From a virus, in IMG/VR virus record IMGVR_UViG_3300046168_000072, positions 1 through 64,000 of that record: 64,000 nucleotides of DNA, one strand, 5' to 3'. Both the position numbers and the translations under genes were made by a program. Shown here piece after piece: positions 52,631 to 60,163 of this stretch (position 1 is its first letter; each line of letters starts with the position of its first letter). The notes under the pieces were generated by a model, which searched no databases, was not told the origin of the DNA, and was given only the letters and a program-made list of their open reading frames with translations.

Positions 52631-52994
52631 TGGTGGACGTGAGCGGAGTTGAACCGCTGTCTTTAAATCTTCAATAATACACGTCTACAAGTTTAGTTAA
52701 TTTTTTTTATAGTTATGATATTAACATCCAACTACTTGTTTCATTTATTGACAGTTTGTGATACAAGTAAACCTTTATCTGTTTTGCAGATTGATGACCC
52801 CGTAATCTCTTTATCTGCGTCAAAAGTTACGAGGTAGCAGAAACTAAGCTGCTAAAGCAAGCGACTCGCTTTTTGGCGAGTAAGCTTTAATACGTGACTT
52901 GTTGCCATGTAAATTTTTGCATCTTTTTAAGGAGCCAGATGCACTCCTACTTGCAGTATACAAATTCAATTTAAATCGAATCCAGTACACGCCC
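52631..52994 (-). ncRNA. ssrA: tmRNA
   Basis: 5' GGGCGTG pairs with 3' CACGTCC-ACCA including G3.U70; GGATTCGA; T-arm GCGGTTCAACTCCGC; tag ORF 52844-52906 GNKSRIKAYSPKSESLALAA*. Confidence 0.95.
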
Positions 52995-53047
52995 ATAAAA
53001 TGTTAAAGAACTAATATACTTATACCAAGTATAGATTATATATTACA

Positions 53048-53302
53048 CTATTTATCTTTTTTTGTCAAGCCCTTAATTTTATTATAAAAAATGGGTATAT
53101 ATTTTAATCCAAAACAAAAGAACAGTACTCCTAACATAAGCGCTGCAAAAACCACAAAGCTCGAGTCATCTGAAGCTAAGTAAACTATCTCTTTAGCTTG
53201 TAAAACTTCAATAGCTTCTTGATTATTTGGTTTTTTTTCAAGAATTTTTTTAGTGATGCACCCTGACAGGATTAAACAAAGTAGTATCGTTAATTTGTTC
53301 AT
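53048..53302 (-). CDS. Predicted lipoprotein with C-terminal TM helix
   Basis: ILSGC lipobox plus hydrophobic C-terminal helix. Confidence 0.6.
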   Translation of the reverse strand: MNKLTILLCLILSGCITKKILEKKPNNQEAIEVLQAKEIVYLASDDSSFVVFAALMLGVLFFCFGLKYIPIFYNKIKGLTKKDK

Positions 53303-53341
53303 TAGAAATTAAGTATTTTGCTGTTGTTAATATTTTCCACG

Positions 53342-53532
53342 GGCTTCTGTGTCGTAGTAGAAGTCGTAGTGGTAGGCTTCTGTGTCGTAGTAGAAGTCGT
53401 AGTGGTAGGCTTCTGTGTCGTAGTAGAAGTCGTAGTGGTAGGCTTCTGTGTCGTAGTAGAAGTCGTAGTGGTAGGCTTCTGTGTCGTAGTAGAAGTCGTA
53501 GTGGTAGGCTTCTGTGTCGTAGTAGAAGTCGT
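53342..53532. repeat. Perfect 33-bp tandem repeat, about 5.8 copies
   Basis: Unit GGCTTCTGTGTCGTAGTAGAAGTCGTAGTGGTA with no spacers; minus strand encodes TTSTTTQKPTT. Confidence 0.95.
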
Positions 53533-54635
53533 TATATCAATCGTTTTTTTTTAACCTGATCCGATATTAAATCATAAGAAGCTGCTCGTGATCTTTGAAA
53601 ATTAAGATTTGCGGCCAATAACATAACAACAGCCAGAGGGTCAAATACAAACACTAATATAATAATAACAATTCTAACAGCCCCGCCTAAATCGATAGAG
53701 CCAAACCCAAAATCTTCTAACAGCTCGGCTATATATTTTACTGGCCCTACTTCAGCTTCTAACTCAAGCTGAGAATTTTTAAGACGAAAACTTTCTGATT
53801 CCATATCATCAATCCTAGCATAAGCCGCTTGAATGTTTGAGTTATACTCTTCTTTCTTGATGGCAACTTCTTCTGTATTGGATTGGTTATCTTGGCGCGA
53901 ATCTATGCGTTCCCTAATTTTAGAAACTTGACCGTCAGTAGACTCACGAGCTTTACTGATGCGAGCTTCAGCGGCTAGAACTCTTTGTTGAATAGATTCC
54001 CTTTCGAGCTTTTGCTTGTCAGCTAATTCTGAAAGCTGTTTAGTTTTATTACTAAATAAACCGCCAGAGGTAGCCTGAATCGCGGCAACTTCTTCATCTA
54101 AAACTTTTATTCTATCATTTAATCTGGAGATTTCGGCGTTATCAATTGATATGCTTTTTTCTAATGAAGAATATAAATCGTCTATTTTCTTTTGCTCTAG
54201 TTCTATATTGTATACATCTTTATTGGAAGAGTCTTTAGCATCAGAAGATAAATCTTTTAAATATTCATTTTGTCTAGTGATATAAGATTTTTCTCGCTCC
54301 ATTTTGTTTTCTAATTGAGATGCTAATATTGCAACTTCTTGGGCATCTTTTTGATGTTTAATGTGTGATTTACTTAAGAAACCAAATATACCCATGCTAG
54401 TTATAAAGATCAAAACAACAACCGCAGTTGTTAAATATATCTTTAAAGAACGAGGAGCTATTTTCCAATTGTGATGCAACCAACTTGCAGAAACAAGCTT
54501 GCCAACTTCTAAAACCCCACCCATGATAACAATAGCCCAAAACACAGCAGGAAACATTGTGGTAAGTCCTATGATACTAAAATACGCTGAGACAAGTGAT
54601 ATGCTCAGTGCCGATAATAAGATTGTATATTTCAT
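53532..54635 (-). CDS. Membrane protein with long coiled coil; candidate -1 frameshift extension to 53302
   Basis: N-terminal TM helices (SAYFSIIGL, LEVGKL, TSMGIFGFLS), EVGPVKY, FVFDPLAV; ends just after an A9 run. Confidence 0.85.
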   Translation of the reverse strand: MKYTILLSALSISLVSAYFSIIGLTTMFPAVFWAIVIMGGVLEVGKLVSASWLHHNWKIAPRSLKIYLTTAVVVLIFITSMGIFGFLSKSHIKHQKDAQEVAILASQLENKMEREKSYITRQNEYLKDLSSDAKDSSNKDVYNIELEQKKIDDLYSSLEKSISIDNAEISRLNDRIKVLDEEVAAIQATSGGLFSNKTKQLSELADKQKLERESIQQRVLAAEARISKARESTDGQVSKIRERIDSRQDNQSNTEEVAIKKEEYNSNIQAAYARIDDMESESFRLKNSQLELEAEVGPVKYIAELLEDFGFGSIDLGGAVRIVIIILVFVFDPLAVVMLLAANLNFQRSRAASYDLISDQVKKKRLI

Positions 54636-54781
54636 TTTTTCCCCTTTTTGTCGTATTGACTATAACATACAGCCGCTCTTTGTTTAGCGTCTGGAAATTC
54701 CTTTCGCGCCACTGGATCGCTCATGCATCTCGTGATGAACTTTCCGCGCTTCTCATCTTTTTGCTTTTTTGGTAATGGCAT
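54632..54781 (-). CDS. 49-aa phage protein missing from the ORF track
   Basis: MPLPK..E...FITRCM....EFPD..QRAAVCY motif; GTGTA-N9-ATG; ATGA overlap with the next gene. Confidence 0.7.
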   Translation of the reverse strand: MPLPKKQKDEKRGKFITRCMSDPVARKEFPDAKQRAAVCYSQYDKKGKK

Positions 54782-54795
54782 ATTTTGTAATACAC

Positions 54796-56862
54796 TTATA
54801 ATTTTTCAAGCTGAAGAAAAGTTGCGGACTTAGTTCCGTTTCCATATATATATCTATCCTCAGCGCCATCTAAATCAATACCAGTAAAAAATAAATCACC
54901 TGTTGCTTGAAAGATATGATTGAAGGTAGCTGTTTGATTATCGAGTGTTCCTCTGTTCGTTAAACTTCCAACTATATTATCAGTAGAATATGAATCTTGG
55001 TATGCTATCATACTAGTGCTTACATTATTCGCATCAAATCCATTTACCATAAGCACTTGGCCGCCGAGTCTATAATAAGCGCCATTTTCTAGCCCTGTAA
55101 AATGAAGGTCATTAAAATTTGTATCGTCATCTGCAGTTATGTCATTTTGTAATATATTTTCTTGATAACTTGAAGCAGAAAAAGTTGAAGAACTGCCTCC
55201 ACTGTCACCGCTTCCGCCTCCACCAAAATATAATGCTCGGTCATTGGATATGTATTCTTGTATTGAATTGAATTCTTTTTTGACATGTTGATCTTCTGAA
55301 TGTGAGTTGTAAGATCCATCTGTAGAATCAAATCTTATATACCACCTTTTGGTTGCAAAGTTATTTGTTTCATAAGCAAAATGTTGACTAGTAATATTTC
55401 CATTAGTATCGTGTACATTTGACCAGAGAGCAAAATCTAGCTGTATTAAATTGTCGTATCCGTTGGTAGTTGTAGCGTCTGTATCTTTTATTAAAATTGC
55501 ATCTGGTATCTGTACTCCGCTACCAATAAGTGGTATGTTGTCAATGTTATCTTGAATTTGATTAACGACGCTGATAGAAGAACCATTACTTGAAGAAGAA
55601 CCGCCGCCTCCGCCATTACTTGAGTCGCCTAGTTTTGCAACTTGAACATAACTTCCTGCCAGTATTTTACTATCTCCATCTAGCGAAGTCCCCAAAACAG
55701 TAATGTCTCCAGTTGCTGTAATAATTTTGCTTGCACAAGAAGTTTCTCGTATTTTTGAATCTTCATTCCAAACTCCAAGTTCAAACAATACATCATTGCC
55801 ATGTTTTACTGTAGCTCCTACAAAATCATTAGCTGCGTTTTCAGTTTGACGATTAATACATGCATTAACAAGATAATCTTGACCATGTTCTAGGTTATTA
55901 AATGTAAGTTCAGTAATGTCAGCGGTGTGAGGAGATGAAGAATTTGAAACATCAGAGCTTAATGTTTTAGTTTCGTATGATAAGGATCCTCCTCCGCCGC
56001 CGCCGTTTGAAGAACCGCCTCCCAAATAAATTGCTTTATCTGTATCAATAAAATGTTGAATCGAAACTGATCCAGGTGAGTTGCTACCAAGATTCCAGGT
56101 TCCATTGTTAGTCATGTTTCCAGCAGTTGCCGAGTTATCAAACCGAAGTATACGATTAGTTCCTGCGGTATTGGCTCCATATTGTATTTTATTTGTCGCA
56201 GAATTTTGAATTTGTAAAATTAATGCAGCCTCTAGGTCACTTGAATCTTTTTGAAAAATTATATCTGGTAATTCACCTGTAAAATTTATTCCATCCATTT
56301 TAGAGGCAATCAATCCGTATGAACCACCGCCGCCTGCTGGCAAATCAACATACTCTATCGTTTGTCCGTCATCACTGACTTTCAAGTATTGGCCCGAGCC
56401 TTCGGTTAGAGTGCTTGGGGTGTCAGTTAAGTCTTCAAAAGTAGAGGATCCTCCTCCGCCGAGGTAAACTGCGCGACCAGAAGATATATAACCCGAAAGG
56501 CTTTGTCCTGCACCAAAAACGGAAGCATCGGTATTCCTGTACTCATCAAAGGTGGCGGACGCATTATTATCAAAAATAATATAGGGCTGGGTTCCAATGA
56601 AGGGGCTGTGGTAGAAAATTGAAGTCGAAGTGACATAATACAGACTGAAAGCAGCATTCACCGTACCCGCCACATTGGTTAAGACAATCTGGTCGGGCAA
56701 AGAGCTATAAAAATTACTTTGTCCAGTTATGTAAGGATTTATACCCAAACCGCCAGAACCCCCAGCTCCACCGCCTCCGCCGCCATTTTGATCTATATAT
56801 TCCCGAACGGATTTACCCATTTCGTAAATTCCTGAAAGCATTGATTTAGTTGAGTCTGACAT
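54796..56862 (-). CDS. Modular fibre/adhesin-like protein, 688 aa
   Basis: Gly/Ser linkers, repeated PDxI...RAxYxGGG modules, two beta-sandwich-like domains. Confidence 0.75.
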   Translation of the reverse strand: MSDSTKSMLSGIYEMGKSVREYIDQNGGGGGGAGGSGGLGINPYITGQSNFYSSLPDQIVLTNVAGTVNAAFSLYYVTSTSIFYHSPFIGTQPYIIFDNNASATFDEYRNTDASVFGAGQSLSGYISSGRAVYLGGGGSSTFEDLTDTPSTLTEGSGQYLKVSDDGQTIEYVDLPAGGGGSYGLIASKMDGINFTGELPDIIFQKDSSDLEAALILQIQNSATNKIQYGANTAGTNRILRFDNSATAGNMTNNGTWNLGSNSPGSVSIQHFIDTDKAIYLGGGSSNGGGGGGSLSYETKTLSSDVSNSSSPHTADITELTFNNLEHGQDYLVNACINRQTENAANDFVGATVKHGNDVLFELGVWNEDSKIRETSCASKIITATGDITVLGTSLDGDSKILAGSYVQVAKLGDSSNGGGGGSSSSNGSSISVVNQIQDNIDNIPLIGSGVQIPDAILIKDTDATTTNGYDNLIQLDFALWSNVHDTNGNITSQHFAYETNNFATKRWYIRFDSTDGSYNSHSEDQHVKKEFNSIQEYISNDRALYFGGGGSGDSGGSSSTFSASSYQENILQNDITADDDTNFNDLHFTGLENGAYYRLGGQVLMVNGFDANNVSTSMIAYQDSYSTDNIVGSLTNRGTLDNQTATFNHIFQATGDLFFTGIDLDGAEDRYIYGNGTKSATFLQLEKL

Positions 56863-59700
56863 AATTATGTTTTACACTTGTTTAGCATGGGTTATCTAAT
56901 AAAGCGGCTGCTGGGACGAAATTACTTGTGTATACTGCCTTTTTGCTGATGCGGAAGTCTTGCATATGTTTTAAATTATTTGTCCATCCACCAGAAGAAC
57001 TCTTATTCCCAATTTCTAACTCATACGGAGATGCATATACCGATCCATTTATGGCAACATCAATTTCTCTCTGGCCATTTACATAGAGATAAATAGAATT
57101 ACCACTTCTGACTGCCGCAATATGAGTCCAATTATTTAATACGCTTGCCATTCCTGTGTTAGTGCTCTCAAGGACTAAATTATTTAATAATCGTAATTTA
57201 TCCTGATTAAGAGTAATTGACAATTCTATTGTTGATGTCGGGTCTCTACCTTTTGTTACGATGATATCTTTTGTTGATGTTGTGATAGGTGAATCATATT
57301 TTATCCAGAACTCAACTGTAAAATCATTTGATCCAAAATTAGCTGGATAAAAATGTAACAACCTACTAGTACTGAAAAATAAAGTACTTTCGCCGAACAA
57401 GGTTTCAGAATTATCAATAAATGATTGATTGCTTACATTGTTTGGATTAGTGATTGTTCTGTTATTATCGCTTTTATCTTCAACTGTTCCTCCAGAAGAT
57501 GCTTGTAGATGAAAATCAACTTCGCTGCAAGTTGGTTGATCTCCTGGAAAACCACATGGGTTAGCTAGTAAATTTGCTGGCGGGGTGAAGTTGCCTGTAT
57601 ATACCGCTTTTTTGCTGATGCGAATATCTTGCATCTTACCGTCAAAGTGTGGAATTGTATTAGCAGGTGCCGAATGGGTCTGATGCCCAATTTTAAGCAT
57701 ATTGTTTGAATTCTCATTATTTACAGGCACAGCAGCAGGAGTTGAAGTGTCTTTTTGGCTACCATCAACATACAAGCACATTGTTTTTCCATCCCAAGTA
57801 GCCGCAAGATGTACCCACTTGTTTAGAATATCAGCATCATTTACTATATGCCCTACGCCAACGTTCTGGCCACTCCCGTTATATATTATAAAGATAAAAC
57901 CTTGGGCATTTACTCCAAGTTTGAAACCGTGACTGCTTGAAGTGGCTGCGCTTGTTGAAAGGAGAGGTATAAACCTCCTACCTAACCAATCTGTAGTGAT
58001 CGCATCAACAAAAACCCAGCATTCTATTGTAAAAGGTGATGAGTAATTATTTATCCATTTAAATGTAGTATTATCGCCGACGCTTAAAGCATCTCCGTTT
58101 CCATCGAAATTCATTGTGCCGCCGCCAAATAGCGTGGCAGTATTGTCTACAACTGTATCGCCAACAGTTGTTACTGCGTGTTGGTTGTCGCTCTTATCAG
58201 CGATAGTTTCTCCAGCAGCTGGTTGAAGATGTAAGGCTACTTGATTGCAGTTTGGTTGATCGGGAGCCAATGTACATTCAAAATACCCAGTAATAGAAGC
58301 GTCTCTGTCAATAAATACAGTTTCCTGAGCATTTGTTTTTGGGAAGTTCGGTAAATCAGACCTCCATTCTTTAAAAGTGCAAGATCCGATATTCGGACCG
58401 CTAAACGCTTGAGCTCTGATATTTATGTTTTGATCTCCAGCGAACATGCCCCATTTGAATGTGGTCTCATCTATTACGACAGTATTTCGCTCTTGATTTA
58501 AGTTTGAGTCGGCAAACAAACATACATCATGCACAAAATCGTGAATATTTGTTTGATTATTTAATCCAGCGCTAAATGAAGTACTGGCGTTGTCCGCTAA
58601 AAATTGATCTTTATATTCTGTGTATTGATTGTACTCCTCGAGATTTGAAACGCAAGCAGGCGCTTCTGAGGGCGGAGCAACCGTATCTGCTCCAACTTTA
58701 ACCCATTCTCCGTTACAACCAATATATAAATCACACCCAACGGTAACCAATTGACCGTCAACGGGATTATCTGGCAAATCAGTTATATCGTCGACAGAGT
58801 CTGCTCCATCACTTGAAGAAGAACTGCCTCCATAATATATGGCGTCTCCGTTATCAATAATGTCTTGAAGTGAACTTGCTCCGTCAAAAAATTCCCAAGT
58901 AGAGTTGCCTGCAAGAAGAGTGTTAGAGTCTCGGTTATAAAAAGAGCCGTTAGTACCGCTAGCATCATTATTAAATCCAACCCGCCAGTTCAAAAAATCA
59001 TAAAATATCTGATCAGTTGAGCTTGTTCCGTTAATGTAATAAAATCTACCAGCCAAAACCTGATCTAGTGTAGAAGCTGCACCTCTTATAATTATCGAGT
59101 CAGGTAATTCACCTGAAAAGTTACTAAAGTCCTTTATGTAATCATTGTTGTTTAATGATGAGCCAGTAGATGGAGAAGAACCATCTCCGCCACCCGCTGG
59201 CAAATCAACATACTCTATCGTTTGACCGTCATCACTAACTTTCAAGTATTGGCCCGAGCCTTCGGTTAAAGCGCTTGGGGTGTCAGTTAAACCTGCAAAG
59301 GTAGAGGATCCTCCGCCAGCCCCAAAGTATAGAGCTCGACCACTCGATATGTATTCTTGTATTGAATCGAATTCTTTTCTGACATGTTGATCTGCAGAAA
59401 TGCTCAAGTGAGATCCATCGACTGAATCAAATCTTATATACCACCTTTTGCTTATTAAGTTATTTGTTTCATAACTAAACTGTTGACTAGTTACATCTCC
59501 GTTGGAATTGTAACTGGTTACCCACGCCGCAAAATCTAGCTGTATTAAATGGTCGTTTCCGTTGGTAGTTGTAGCATTTATGTCTTTTATTAAAATTGCA
59601 TCAGGTATTTGCACTCCGCTACCAATAAGTGGTATATTATCGATGTTATCTTGGATTTGATTAACGGCGCTGATAGGAGAACTGCCACCTGAAGAAGAAC
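55221..59700. repeat. Duplicated ~380-bp module (about 55221-55600 and 59320-59700)
   Basis: Both encode NQIQDNIDNIPLIGSGVQIPDAILIKD...KRWYIRFDS...SIQEYIS..RALYF. Confidence 0.85.
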
Positions 59701-60163
59701 CATCTCCGCCAAAATAAATTGCATGACCATTATCAATTACTTCTTGGAGTGAGGTCGCATTATTATAGTAAGAAGCATTCTCACTAGTGAATTGCCCATT
59801 AAATATTGCATTACTTCCCGTTGAATCATTTTTAAAATATGCCATACGAGAATGCCCATCATATTCATGAAACGTATACTTGATTAAATCAGTTGATTGG
59901 GGACCTGAAAATTCATAGAACCGCCCCACAACAGGTGAACCTAGGCCATTTTTTACAACAATCATATCTGGTAGCGTTCCTGCAAAATTAGACGTCTCTA
60001 TAATTTGTAAGTTTTTACCTATACCGCCGCTTCCGCCACCTGCTGGCAAATCAACATACTCTATCGTTTGTCCGTCATCACTGACTTTCAAGTATTGGCC
60101 CGAACCTTCGGTTAAAGTGCTTGGGGTATCAGTTAAACCTGCAAAAGTCGAGGATCCTCCGCC
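56333..60163. repeat. Three near-identical ~125-bp dispersed repeats (about 56333-56460, 59193-59317, 60039-60163)
   Basis: Each encodes STFxxLTDTPSxLTEGSGQYLKVSDDGQTIEYVDLPAGGG; shared between the two fibre genes. Confidence 0.9.

Noticed and set aside
24000-53000. Cellular chromosome rather than phage, given cysQ, ppa, clpC, guaC and ssrA
   Set aside because: These genes are interspersed with phage-type ORFs, share the same promoter motifs and strand bias, and lack normal operon context.
53342-53532. 33-bp repeats as a CRISPR array
   Set aside because: The units are contiguous with no spacers, their length is a multiple of three, they encode a Thr-rich peptide, and no cas operon is present.
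53318-53554. Plus-strand Val-rich ORF (GFCVVVEVVVV repeats)
   Set aside because: It is the antisense shadow of the minus-strand Thr-rich repeat and has no promoter motif.
55221-60163. Diversity-generating retroelement template/variable repeat pair
   Set aside because: No reverse transcriptase in the window, both copies are in coding frame, and the differences did not look adenine-restricted.
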